NCBI GenBank assembly: GCA_965285935.1
Contig: OZ260661.1
Span: 101,680,001 to 101,744,000, forward strand
DNA from: Ophelia neglecta
Taxonomy: Eukaryota
DNA length: 64,000 nucleotides
Reading direction: 5' to 3'
Shown: positions 1 to 13,910 of the stretch, one piece after another
How positions within the stretch are numbered: the stretch's first letter is position 1
Layout: the number at the start of each line of letters is the position of its first letter
Notes under the pieces: model-generated
What the model was told of the DNA's origin: nothing
The model's database searches: none
Seen by the model: the letters and a program-made list of their open reading frames with translations, nothing else
Translations under genes and position numbers: made by a program

Positions 1-3000
1 TCCATACTGTTTTGATAATATAGGCCTATAACTTTGTAGACTTATCGGGCTTGTTGGTAAAAATGGCATTCAACCTGTTCTTCGTGTGATCGAGCTATCA
101 AGGTAATATCTAAGTGAAGGTCCACCTTAAATTATTTAAACAGGCCTAGATTATGTCTTTCCACCATAATGACAATTCTACTTTCTATTTTGGATATTTC
201 AACTAAATAAGACTATGTATAAAAATGCAGAATATTTTCGACAATTCGACAAAGCACTGATCGACATGCACCTATTGATTCATTCTAAACCTTGTTGGAG
301 AGGTATGACAATGATTTAATCAGAAGAGAGGTCCAATTTAATGTCAATAAACTTTATGGAGGCTGTTGCTGTGTTTTCTCTATAACTATCACGCGATGGA
401 AGAAATCTACGGCAGAGAAGTACAAAAGATTGTCGCAGATTAGAAGAGTCTGGCAATAAGCATCATGTGGATATTTCAATTCGCTCCTATGCACGGTCCA
501 GCTGGGGCCCTGTCATTTTCAGCAGGCTAATCATTCGCGGACGACGGCTGCTGGGGTTGGTGCGTTAGGTCAACGTCAGGCGATCTATTGTCGCCTGTCG
601 TCAGCCCGGAGTAGAAGAGCGCCTTCTCCGTGGCATGTCGTGCACCTTGTTCGTTTCTGGGATCTCAGCTGCAGTCTAATAACTGGCGGAGTGATAATAC
701 AGCAATCAACCACCGAAAGACCCTTTAATTTCAGCCAATATTAACTGACGACATTTAACATATCACCGATGCCAAGCATGAAATATTAGATTGTAATTAC
801 ATGGCCATTAACACGGCTTTATGGGCGAAAAACTAATATTCTCAATATTAGCCTATTCATTTTCTGTGTTTCTCTTCCTAAGCTAATTATGAGTATCAGG
901 TGGGAATAAACCGGTCAGATGAAAGAAAAGCTCTCGTTTTGTCATAAAGCATCATTGAGCCTAAACTTAAACGAGCGTAGACTGTGCCTTTTTTATCAGA
1001 ACATCTGATTTATTATTGGAAATTAAGACTTGTCGGACCTGTTATTGTCTAAAATATAAATACTTTGGGCCTTTGAAGCATGTTTAGACGTCATCATTAC
1101 CAATTTTGTACGTGAGTAGCAACAACAACAGCGCTTGCCTTGAGTAAAAGTGTCCTGGCCACTCGGCGCATAACCTTTATTATAATTATTATCATTTCTG
1201 TTTTCATCCTCATGGTTATTGTCATATCATTGCGCCCTTCGATACTAATAAGCATTAGTCATACCACATGACCTAGCAGAATATGTGCACCATGACTATT
1301 ATTTTCCTCCTTTTTTTTAGCATTTGCAGTTACGCTTTAGCTATCTTTGTATTTATAAAGGAAGCCATGCATGGTAGATATGTGTAGGCTTATAGTTAAG
1401 TATAGATCGGTCACATATAGGTATACAACTTTTTATTTAGACATGGCGTACGGTTTACCTCTATCTAAGCCTGAACTTTATTGCTCAATAGTCAACTTTG
1501 CAATGGTTACGACAATTTCATCGCTCATCATATTCAAATTTAACATTAGGGGTTCGATTTCAAAGTAAAACATGAAATTGAAGTTGGATTGTAAAAATCA
1601 CGGTGCCAGATAGCAATCATATTTTTGGAATAAGCTCCATTTTCTTGAAATGGCATATGCCGCACGAAAAAGATTATTGGACTAGGTCTATTAATTATAC
1701 GCCTAGATGCTTTATTAGTGTATATTTTCTTATATTTAATAAGAAAATAATGATTGAAGAGCAAGAGCATTAGCTATCCACATGCCATATATGGCCTATA
1801 CTTATATCAAAATATGATACCTAACTTATGTTTTTCTCCTCAAATAACTCCATGGACATGTCTCGAGGTACAGGTATCGGTTCAATTCATTAATTCCAAG
1901 TGTCTGTTTCGTCAATTAATTCCAAACGTGTAGTAGGGAGTTGAGTTATAATCTTCCTAGTTTTCATGTCGTATCCATTTGAACTTTATACTTCTCATAA
2001 TTTAAAAGGAGTATCGAGTTTTTCAAAATAAATCCCACGGATCAATTTGCTTTTTAAAGGAATTTTATAAGTGAAAACTGAACTGCTTTTCCAATCTGTC
2101 AGTGGTCGTTTGAGCTCTCATATTTAACCTTCTTGACAGCCGTACAATGGCTCCGGGGGCAAGAAAAAACCCAAAGGCAGCTGCGAACTGTTCACCGCCG
2201 GTCTCGTGTTATTAAGCTAGGCATTGAAAAGAGAAACCAAGTTACTATCCGTTATCAATTATAACGCCCGATAAAGTAGCCGAAAATGTACAAAATATTC
2301 ATTTGATAGTAGTTAAAAAAAGAAAAAAGAGGACTGCTGCTTCAACATCGGAGATAGTTCATAATATAATATCCTTTCGCGACAATAAGTCATTTTCTTT
2401 AAAGTCAGTCAATCACACATGCGCACTTCAGCTAAATGTTGGTTCAGTAAGAATTGAATATAAAAATGAAATATATATAAAAATAGGGCTTTGGGACTAA
2501 CTTGCACATGTAATTTTTCTATAAGAAAAGAAATAGTTTATACTCGGAGTGACGCTGGGGGAAATCTATAAGGTAAAACAAGGGAGTGTCCATTAACTCT
2601 CGGCCGGGGGGGGGGGGGGGGTGGCAAATGTTGGGATCATGCTGGCAAAACTTACATAAATCAAACAATTCATTATTCAAATTTTGCATTCACTCAAACA
2701 TGATGACGCTATACAAATGAATCTTATGATTGTTATTATGTCTTCCACGTAAAATGACATACTGTTTTTGATTGGACAATGACATCCTTTGACCGGCATC
2801 CACATTCCTTTGTCGAGCGATAAAAACATGATTATTATAGTCATCAACACATTTTTAACCCTCTCATATATCAATTGTTCGACCCCCCCCCCCCCACCGT
2901 GCACCCCCCCCCCCCCCGTGAAGGGGTCAAAACCCCTTTCCCGAAATGCCCCTCTCCCGGATGTTAATAATGAAGAGTTCCTAAGTAAAAATAGAAGATA

Positions 3001-3921
3001 AAGACCAAACAAATCCGTCCACAGTACCATTCCCAAAGAAAATTTTCGTTCTCAACTCAAGCTTTTTGTTCTTAACAAGACAACTCGATTCATTTCCACG
3101 AGGGTACAATGGACGCATTTTGTTCTGAGCAATCATCTTTTAATTAATGTTACTTTGTTATACTTAAAAATCTATGGCAAAGAAAATTATGATTTCCAGC
3201 AAAACGTAGTTTTAAAATATTAGCATTAATGAATTAATGCATACATATTTATAAGATGCAATAGATTCGGCCAAGTGTTTTAACTTTAATTCATCTAAAT
3301 ATACAGTAAGTATTTTAAATGTGTGCTAGCTTTTTCCATACAGAAAGAACCTCTGCTAGGCAGTAAACTCCCCCTAATCCCCCCCATCCCCCCCCCCCCT
3401 AACCCCGTTCAAATCCAATAGTCTTATTAACATCGAACTAAACACGTAAGGCATACTAGTAGGACACTTAAAATTAATAATATCCATCCACCGCTAACGT
3501 TAGCTGTCTAGATATGCATGGTGCATGCACAGAGGACCGCACCATACCAACCTCTGTGAAAACGAAGAATAGCTGCTTTTACTTTGGCTTCAAACAGGTA
3601 AGAATTTTGATACATGCAATACTATTTCCCTAATTGGGCGATTAAAGACAATTATTTTTCATAGTCAGATCAGAAGCCTTAATCTCAACGCCATGATATC
3701 CTTGATTTTGCACTGCTAATCCCTTTGAATACTACAATTGTCCGTTATTGACTAGTGTAAGCTGTAGGTGCACGTCGCACAAAATAAGAAAAACGTTTAG
3801 CCCCGAGGGCAAAAACTGTGAACCTCAAAGTAAAGACGTTGCCCTGTCCGTCAAAAAATTACAGCTAGCAGCTCCTGCAGGGCGCTTGATAGCAAAGCAG
3901 TTAAAATTAAATGTACACAGA

Positions 3922-4380
3922 TTGTTAATCTAACCTTTCCCTAAGTATTTAATTTCACGCAGTCAGGCGATAACCACCCGAACGGAACTCATATTTCGCA
4001 AACTTGTTTATCTATTTATTTCAAATCTATATTAGATAACTCGGAATAGCTTACAAGGTTGTTTTCATATGGGTCTAGTCAGTATACCACATTAGGTAAA
4101 TAACATTATATAAATTTAGGAAATATGAATTATATGTCAATCCTAAAGGCTCGTTAATCCAATCTCTCTTAAATACATTTCAGATGTTTTATTTTTTTCA
4201 CGCAATCAGGCGGCAACAACCATTAATGGAAATCATGCTTTGCAATTTTATATATTTATTTCAAATCTATATAAGATAGCTATGATCAAATTAAAAGGTG
4301 ATTCTTCATATTGGCCTAGACAGTATTTTCATAGGTAAATAAAAGAATGCAAATTCATGGAGCAGGAAATACATGTCGAA
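3922..4380. repeat. Old diverged tandem duplication (~230-245 bp unit)
   Basis: Collinear blocks tttcacgca.tcaggcg, tatttatttcaaatctatat, ttcatat.gg.ctag.cagtat and taggtaaataa each occur twice. Confidence 0.7.
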
Positions 4381-4607
4381 GATTTCAAGATGAAGTAATA
4401 TGTAGAAGGCACTTATCACTAGCATGGACCATTTATCATGATAGTTTCGCAGAATATGTAGTACTAGTTATATGTCGGCAAATGATGAAAATAATGTATT
4501 TATTGAAGAACTTGTTTTACTAAGAAAGACTACATAATCTTTTGACACTGATAGATAGAGGCAATCCTGTAATTTTGTTTCGCCTTGCAGGTATTTTTTT
4601 TCAATGT

Positions 4608-4791
4608 AATTTGGCTTCCATTACGATATTCAGATTCGAGTCAAATGTCAAGTTTCTGGGATAGATTCGTAATTTGGCCTCCATTATTATTATTATAGAT
4701 AATTGGATTCGATTCAAGTGCGCCTTTTCTGAGATAGATAAGTTATTTCGCTTCCATTACGATATTTAAATTCGAATAAAATGTATAGTTT
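4608..4791. repeat. Diverged minisatellite, ~63-75 bp unit x3
   Basis: aatttggcttccattacgatattcagattcga-like units at ~4608, ~4671 and ~4744. Confidence 0.65.
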
Positions 4792-6995
4792 ATTTATAAG
4801 GTAAGGTGAATATACTGTAGCCTATAAACTCCAGGTGAGGGGTAAGGCTGAAGTGAAACAAGAATTTTAGGACATGTCGTGTTGGCCTGGTTTGATGTAT
4901 ATTTATAGTCCCGACATAATGGCGTGCGTTCAATTTCTAAATTATCTTTCTTTTTTGCTTATTTATTTCTTAAATGAAAACTAGCTATAACGCACACAGG
5001 TAAGTATTTGGATTGTTGTCACATTGATCAGAAGTTGTAACAAAATTATTTTTGTTAGCTCATATACTGTGCATATCAAAGCTTCATGTTGGGTTTTTTT
5101 TTCGATAAAGGGCTCTATCTATACAAGTTTTTTTAGTATAATTGTTGGTCTAGACGTATGCTATATCAAGTAAACTTAGCTATGAAAATAATGTTAAGTC
5201 GTTGCATAGCATGACATTCTATCTTAGAAAGCCAGAGACGATCTGATAAACCTGTAGATATCACTGAATATATTGCAATTGTACAATCAAACATAATTAA
5301 AGGGGCTCGACTTTCGACTGGTGTGATCTTCAACCTTCTAAATGTATCTTTGTCCATTAATTCCATATTTTTCCTGCCTGCCACGAAGGAAACTCCCCTT
5401 TCTGTCGTCTGAGCCGTACATCTTGATCGCGCCTCGTCTTCATCCCGCATGCGTCTTGTCAAAAGTTCACACCAAGGTCATGATGAAGATCTACCTCAAA
5501 GGCTGCCGAAAGGGGATGATTACAGAGTAGACCGCGAAATACTTGACCCTAAACTTTGAGGTTTGACTCCACTGTGTCCCTTACATGAAGAAATCACTTA
5601 AAGTTTTGCACCTTTTTGTACAAGTGCACGGGCCAGTTGATGTGCTGTACTAGGGTGAACATTACTTTTAGGTTTACTTTCCCTATGCGGTTGCAATGTA
5701 GCAGTTAACTCATCATGGCTAACTGGGTTTCTACCAACCCCTGACTTGTTTAATAACAAGTATTGATATAGGCCTGTAAATCGCATAAAAACTTATTAGG
5801 CATAGCTCTTATTAAGTCTTTACAATTCGCGGGAGCATCTGTGTTTCATGGGGCGAGACGTGTTAAAGATTGAATGCATATTTATATAGAGGGCATGTAG
5901 GGCTATACAAGTATAAATTTAATCTAAGAATAATAGGCTCTTGGAACTGAAGACCTGCCTAACAGTTTATCGAATCTTAAGATTTATTAGGAACCCTTGG
6001 GAATTTGATCGAGACTACATCGTTGATTTCTTTTAAAAAAAACTAACGATACAATTTTTTTCTAAACGGACGATTAAAATGCTTGGGAAAATCAATTTAT
6101 CCCCTGCTGAGTATCTATTTTATACAGAAGTGAATTATTTCCTAGCACACTTCACACTATAGTATCTATCATCTGCTATCATTGACGTGTTAGTCATTAT
6201 ATCTTAATAACTTGGTTTATTATTCTATCTTCGGATAAAGGGGAAATCACAAGGCACAGACAACTTTTAAATGTAATTTTTGTGTTATAAATCCAGGTTA
6301 TTCTTGTGTGAGAGACATTTCACTCTGGGAGGTTGCAGTGATTAATTCGGGGGCACGAACCTCCCTTCACTACCTCAGTGTTAGACGTGTTATTCAATAA
6401 CACTCATTATCGCGTTTTGTGATCGCCACTATGGAGAAAGAGGCCCATTGAAATGGTTAAATTATAGCGTTGTGACATCTCGACAGTGATAATAATACAG
6501 CTTGAAGGCATCTGTCGCAGACGATATGATCCTTGGCAACCCCAGTTTAGAACTGCATACACCTTTTTCTCTATTTGAGACAAAGTGAAGTATCAGTTGT
6601 GTTTTTTCTTACCGATGTATGCTCTCACCAAACCCGCCGTTTGCCACCCAAGTCAATGCTTCGGCTGTAGTCTAGTATAGGCATATACTCATATTATCAG
6701 CGTTGCATTTAATTATCAAACTCTCAAATTACAACATTAAACTAAACAAACAGGATATGTAGCCATGAGCCTAGACAGAGAAATGTTATGAGACCTTGTA
6801 TAACTCCTTTAAGAATTATACATTTTACGACACGGGTTAAGGCCACAACGGGAAAGCTCCGTAGACCAGCTATACGTTACTCCAAATAAGTGACTGTAGG
6901 ACTCAAAACTGAATTTTGGCCAATACCTATTATGAGGTTTGACTGTGCTGAATGTCTAGCTGGTGAAAAGTAAATGTGTCACATATAAGTGTATA

Positions 6996-7180
6996 CAGGC
7001 ATGGTCCCTGTGATGTAGGGACACCTCTGAATCCAAGCAAATGTGTCCCTATACCTAGCAGATGTCCCTTCATCAGAGAGGCATTAACATATAGGAAAGA
7101 TAGGGCATGGGCATTGAAAAATGTCCTGAGGTTGGAGGGAGTCCCTTCATCGGAGGGTCCCTACATCGCAGGGACCACTG
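6996..7180. mobile_element. Tc1/pogo-type MITE family A, copy 1
   Basis: TIRs cag..tggtccctgtgatgtagggac / gtccctacatcgcagggaccactg, flanked by TA. Homologous to 13737-13910. Confidence 0.8.
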
Positions 7181-10100
7181 TAGAAAATGGTATTAAGTGT
7201 AACAGTCCTTTCAAGCAGAATGCACCAAAAAAAACAGTTTTTCCAATATATTTGCTATCCCATGCAAGAGAAAGCCTGGTCCAAATCATGAGGTTTCTGG
7301 GGGGTTTTATTAGAACGGGTTGGATTGGGATTGCGGGGTACAAAATGAAATATATAGACTATGTAATTGTCGAACCTATATGCGTATACCGAGTATATAT
7401 CTATGAAACATGGCATGTTTTTGTTTTTTGAAAATGGGTTCCATTTTCAACAAAAAATTATTTCGAATTCAATTTGCGTATATATTTCGGTTTTCAATCT
7501 ATGGCTCTATAATTATCCCTGCAATCTATATCACGGTAAATTATAGGCTAATCACTTCGAAATATGGCTGTTCCACTTTTACAAACCTAGATGCTTATTT
7601 CACCACCGGTATTAAATAAAAATCATATTCATTAATTATGAAAAGAACTAGGCCTATAAGATACCAGCTCTATTGAGTCTGATTTATAATTGATATCAGT
7701 ATTGTTTTCGATGGTATAAAGGCTTGTAACGTCACCTATGATATAGGTAGAGTTCGTACTGTACACCCAGTACCCTTCCAAGGTCTAATAAGATATGATC
7801 GATGAAATAGGATCGACTATAGATGAGTGAGATCCGCAATTATGAAAGAATGATGGGCAATCAGCCACAAACAAAACATCTCAATATATTGAGGCCCGGC
7901 GCTGCACCTGGGACTGGCATCTTATACATAGCCATATCCTATTTAATGCATTGTCTTGTAATCTTATGTGCCGGGGAACACCCAATACAGTAGGCGGTAT
8001 GAACGGGACCGATTGCCCCATCTGCTCATTAGACCCCCATACATCAAGCCAAAGAACTAATCAGGTAGCAAGGCACTACGAGCATGGAGACAGCACAATG
8101 CCAAACAGACGACATTTGACATATTGCTTTCATCGGCCTCGTCAAGATGGGGATTACAGAGTTATTAAACACAGACTTAGCTGTTTTGTGTCATGCCATC
8201 CTAGTCTTGTTACTATTAACTGTATTAAATGTCCATTCCGGACACCAATTACACAAATAAGCTGCTCGGTGTGGCTGCAGCTATTGCCAATTGTCCTTTA
8301 CGACCCGAGTTCACCTCCGGGCTTGGAGACTGCATGCAAAGCGACCCGTTGGAAGAGGTTAAAAGGGTGTCATTTAAGCCATAATGCACCCAATGAGTTG
8401 GCGTTCATAAGCCTTAATACAAACCAAGATGCTCTAATATATTAGTATAAAATCGATTCGACATAGGTCTGACGTTATAGGGCGTGCATAAAGCACAGAG
8501 CATAGAGCGATGGACTTGTATGTATCAGTAGAAATAGAACGGAAACTCTCATTGCAGATTGTCTGGAGGCCTATACTGATTAATATAATCTCAATATAAT
8601 ATATTTGAAAACAATAACTTAAAGGCAAGGCATATTTATGATAAGTATTTCATAATAAGAGTAATAAAGCCTAACGTTAGTATCCATTTCTACGAATCAT
8701 ACAGTCGATTACTATATAGAAAGTGTCATATAGACCTACGGGTGTAAGTTGCCGGCACATCGATTTTCTAACTGAGAAAATTACTCTATATCAGGTTCGT
8801 TCATTTAATTTCAATCGGAGTCGATCAGATTTTATGGTTTCGACAATCTGGAATTAAGAAACCCATTTTGATAATGGGAAAAATACTTTTCATCCTGTTA
8901 TGTGTAGTGAAATCTAATAACATTGCCATATGAAGATAATTCGATTCGAACAAGTGCGTACATGATGCAAAAACGGGTAACAATACTTTCATTGGATTGG
9001 CCTTTCCTATGTTACATGAACTTGGTGGTGGTTGTCTTGTCGTCTGCAAGAAGCAACTCAGTTTCAATGTGCATTGCAAATGTCCTAGGCTCAGTGAGCC
9101 AAGTAAGGCAATTTTGATACAATTTCGGGGGAATGTGTTTATCTATTTCAGTACTAGATTTAACGAAGCCTTTTCACTTTCCTGCCCATCCCCCACCCCC
9201 ACCCCCCACCCCCCACCCCCCTATAGCTTTTTCGAGTCCCCACTCCTTCAGCTACCCCCAGCCACTCTATCTGAATCCGTGCATGATATAAATGTTGTCA
9301 TGCTTAAAACTCTAGCTATTTTAAAGCAATGCAATTTAGTAATTGTTATACTTTGGAACATTACATTTGCAATTGGGCTCAATTTTTGCCAGTTTCACGT
9401 GGCCAATATAACTTTCACGAAAGTAAGATTAAATTAAATTTTATGCAACGCTGAATACCATTGATGGCACTTAGTTGTCGCCTGACACGCAAATAAAATT
9501 TCCTCGGTTTCAAGCAAACTTAAGCGAAAAGAGCTTATTTTAAAGTAAATTTCCCTGGAATTCTACACCTGGAAAAAGCGACTCCTTGAGGGATCGATTG
9601 TTACAGGAAGAAATTCCTAAAGGATAAAATTCGTTTACGAAGCGATTGCTGATAAGAAGCCTCGGTTTCTGAAGTTGGCAGTTGCTGGAGCTGGAGGAAA
9701 CGCTTGTTAACTGAAACATTGCTTGAGGAACCAGTTGCTGGAGGAAACTGTATCAAATTTTTTGTCCACCCCCCCCCCCCCCCTCAGAGGCCAATATTTT
9801 TTGTGAGGGTTCATCCATGAAATGACATCATCATTTATAAAGAAGTGCATGGGCTTTAGAGTGATGTAAATGGGTTACCCTCCACCATTGTCTGAGGAGA
9901 GGATAACTGAGGGCCACCGTTTCACATACTTTCCTTGTATCATCCCTCGCCAGATACAATATATTTTTGACGGGGATCGGGCTAATGCATCAGCGGCGGG
10001 TAGAAATATTATGAATTGGACTGTGGATAAAGTTACAAAGTTATTGGACTATTTGGAATAGGAGATGTAGCAGGGTGTATGGGCTTGGAACCTGCCTCCT

Positions 10101-12261
10101 TTGTCAGCCCTTTGCGTTCCTCACGCGATGGCTGAGTAGGGTCGTATCGAGCTGCAAGAACAGATTGCATGGGCTTCATTTACACATTTTAGAACAATAG
10201 CATGACGGATGCATTGCAGCTACAGCGATAGATCAACCAATTTTCATTTAGCTACCCTTTCATCGGATGTTCTGGACGTCAGTTTATAAAAGGGCCTGCT
10301 TTTATTGGCCTGCAGCATGGGCTAAAGTCTAGCGATGACAACAAGAAGCTCAAGGAAAACAGTGTACGAAAAACATACAATCATACATAAGAACCTGGAA
10401 GTTTTATAGGCTTATAGCTATAATAATAAAATACTACATAAATCAAGGTCACAGGTTAGAGCTAATTCGATCCTCAAAGGTGCTGGGGTTAACTGGGATA
10501 ACTATACCAATAAAGTACACATTAAAAGTATGTTTAAAACGATTTTATTAGCTTTTGCTTCTGATTCGGAGGGACACGTTCACATCCGGCTCAAACTAAA
10601 ATGGTGGCTAGGCAACTATATTTTCGATCCTCCAAAGTTGAGTTGTATACATACAGGCAGAATTGATTGGTTAATGGTTAATTCGGAATGTCAAAGCAGC
10701 CTACAAGTTTTCCAATCGACGAACCACTTTTGGTTCATCGTATTCAGTAAACCGTTTTCCCCCATTGCATTTGTGCATTGTACCTCTCTAAACATAAAAG
10801 TAAGTCCTTTAGCATCAACTTGTTTAAATGATACTTGGAGATTCCCCTTTCAATGCCATTCTATCTTATCAAAGCATGCAAAGATTGGAAGATTACTTCC
10901 GATTTTCAGTTAATTAAGTCTTTATATAATTCAACTGTGGTCTGCCCAAAGGTGTCACAATTCGTCATACCTCATGGGAATAAGTGACAATTTACCTCAA
11001 TATGGAATGTACTGAAATCACAGTTCTATACATTCTATCTAAAAGACGAGTTTACAGTCAAATAGACAAATAACAGGTTGTCGGTTAACATTGGTTCTTT
11101 AGTAACAAGAAGCCATTGATATCCTTTAGACAGCTGGACTAAGCCGGGTAGAAATGAAGTCCTCCTCTCTATGATCAGCTCAAAATGTTCATTTCCCAAA
11201 CGACAGCTCGCTTCTGTCGCCGCTTTGAACTCGTTATCACTGCCAGATCAAGAAATCTAAGTCTGTGTTTAGGACCCTCTTACCAGTGAAAAGTTCAATG
11301 CCATCAGGCGCTCAACGCAATTTCCAATAACATATAATTAACGTTTCCTAAACCACAGTAATAGGGTTTTTTGTACCAATTGTATGAATTGGGGGCAATG
11401 TGGAATTAATACGATTTCGATGCAATCAAGTAATTATAAACAAAATTATACATTTTAGAATAGTTCATATGCCGGGTATAAACTGAATTTCCTGAGACGT
11501 TAGGTTCTGGCCGAGGGATGACAGAGTATATAAAGGATTAAGCTATATGTTTATATATCTATAGAAGACCTGCCTTGCGAATAACTATATACAAGCAGGG
11601 AGACCCGGCCATTGCTCAATATGTTCTGATTTATCGATTAACAAGCAGAGAGAGATCATGTTTTGAGGCGACCCTGTAAGTAATTTGCCACCCAACGCCA
11701 AGTTTAATGCCGACAAGACACTGCAGCTGATGGCGGCTGAGAATGGTCCAAACGTTACCGTAGCCAGACCCGGCTTGTCAGCCTGTCAGCATCGCCCGTG
11801 GACAGGGCTCGCGTGAGAGACCACCATAGAACAACGCCCGAAACGTGAGAGCGCGCGATTTATGCATCATCATTTAGCTGGTGCCTGTCACATAGCGTCT
11901 TTGATACGACGATATCAGGTGTTCATAAAACCTGCTAATCCATTAACAAGCGAAAACATACAACATAACAAAGACTCCCCGCGATCGAATTGCCTCATAT
12001 GAAAAGCTCGAGGTTTCGGCGATGAGGAGCAAATCGCTTCCATCACTCGTCTTTCACTTAATTTTCCAATATGCTGTCACGACTTGAACCATTTGTGCCC
12101 TGACATTGGCCCGGGGGCTGGCGCTAAATATCTATGTTGTCTGTGCAGGTGCCGCCTTTATACTCGTGGATGTACGTAACTTGATGGTAAACGACGTCCT
12201 CCCCAGCTTAAGCCAGGTATACAAACCATCATCTGTTGGCAGTAAGTCACTATTATATATA

Positions 12262-12438
12262 CAGTGAAACCTGTGAATTAAGACCACCAAAGGGACTGGA
12301 ATATGCTGGTCTGATTTTGGAGGTGGTCTGTTTATACAGGTTATTTAACATTTAAATTATGCAGCACGACCTTATATTAGTGGTCCGAATTGAAAAGTGG
12401 TCTGATTATAAAGTTGGTCTTTAAGGCAGGTTTTACTG
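12262..12438. mobile_element. Tc1/pogo-type MITE family B, copy 1
   Basis: TIRs cagtgaaacctg...aagaccacc / ttggtctttaaggcaggttttactg, set in (TA)n. Homologous to 29759-29936 in the opposite orientation. Confidence 0.8.
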
Positions 12439-13736
12439 TATATATATACATGTATCTAATATATAAGACCCCATCAACAGATATGAACACCTTCCACTTT
12501 CAAGTGACCAAGTTGACGCCGTCCTTATCGACGATTTTTTGCGGTATAGGCCTTATAATGTCTCTTTGGGACAGTTCTGGATTAACGCAAAGAGCAATGG
12601 ATTACGGTTTTATATAAGCCTATAGTATTTCTCTGTATCACTGAATATTGAAGAGTGGGGGTCTCAATAAGAAGAAACCTGAAAGTTTGCAAATTGTCAG
12701 AATATGTTAATCTGTTCAATGCGATCAATAGATGTTAAAAACATGTAACATTTTAATATATAGGTCGGGCACTTTGTTTCGACAGATTACCAAAATCAAG
12801 CTTTGTATGAATGTATCACAAAGTAAAAATATTTGGTATGCATTCATTCAATAGGGTGTGTTAAGTCTGTTGTAACACAATGTGAAACAAATTTGAATAC
12901 ATGCCGTCTGGGTATTTTTTTAAATGCCAATTCAGGTTTGGTAAATCACATTTTCATCAAATTTGAAAAGGAAAGGGTGAGCTATGAAATTTGATGATAT
13001 AATCAGACGCCTTTACCTGTATGAGAGTAATATGTTTCTGGTACGTAATAAAGATGCTGAATGATTCTATATTGGCCTAAGGTAAATTACCCATGTTTGG
13101 GACAACCTTGTACCCGCACCGGACTTCAATGTATTGAATTACAACATGTAACACTTATGTGATGACATCACTAACATCCTACTACATATATATATGCTTA
13201 CAAGAAAATACTCCAAACTTTCATGTTGATCCAAATTCGCAATATACTCCAAACAACCCCTGTAGGAGACAAAGACCCGAGTTAATGTGCTGGGCATGAA
13301 GTGGTCAAAACAACAACGACGACTGTGATGACTAAGAAACAGGTTTATGATAAGTTTTGATTTGCAATAAATTGTTATTGGAGATGTAATTATCAGAGTC
13401 TGATTTCATAGGGTTGGGGCACAATAAAAGGTTATTAATATATACATGTGTTATTTTCTACTCTTGTTTGGTGAAATTGACTAATAAAATATATCTGTCA
13501 AATCAAAAGGCACAGGTATGATATTTTAAGCTTTTTAATCTTACTTGTATTCAATGGAATTTAAAAGCACATCAATCATATTGTGCCTCAAGCATATTAT
13601 AAATATCGCAGTATATGAGCTTCATATAATACTATTAAGACTTAAAATAGGATCTGTTAGCATCCTTTAGTCTTTAGCAAACATGAAAATGTAACAGCCG
13701 TTTTAAATATTTCGTGAGTACAGTCAGAGATGTATA

Positions 13737-13910
13737 CAGTGGTCCCTGCGATGTAGGGACACATCTACATCCAAGCGAAAGTGTCCCTGCATAGCAGGTG
13801 TCCATCAGAGGGACATTAAAATAAGACATATAGGACATGGGCATTGAGAAATGTCCTGTGGTCGGATGGGGAGCCTTCATCGGGGGGTCCCTTCATCGAA
13901 GGAACCACTA
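13737..13910. mobile_element. Tc1/pogo-type MITE family A, copy 2
   Basis: cagtggtccctgcgatgtagggacac...gtcccttcatcgaaggaaccacta with TA flanks. The interior aligns with 6996-7180. Confidence 0.8.

Noticed and set aside
2606-2920. Poly-G/poly-C tracts and proline/glycine-rich ORFs (also near 9190, 14815, 46540, 60325)
   Set aside because: These are homopolymer runs common throughout the window. The ORFs are low-complexity artefacts.
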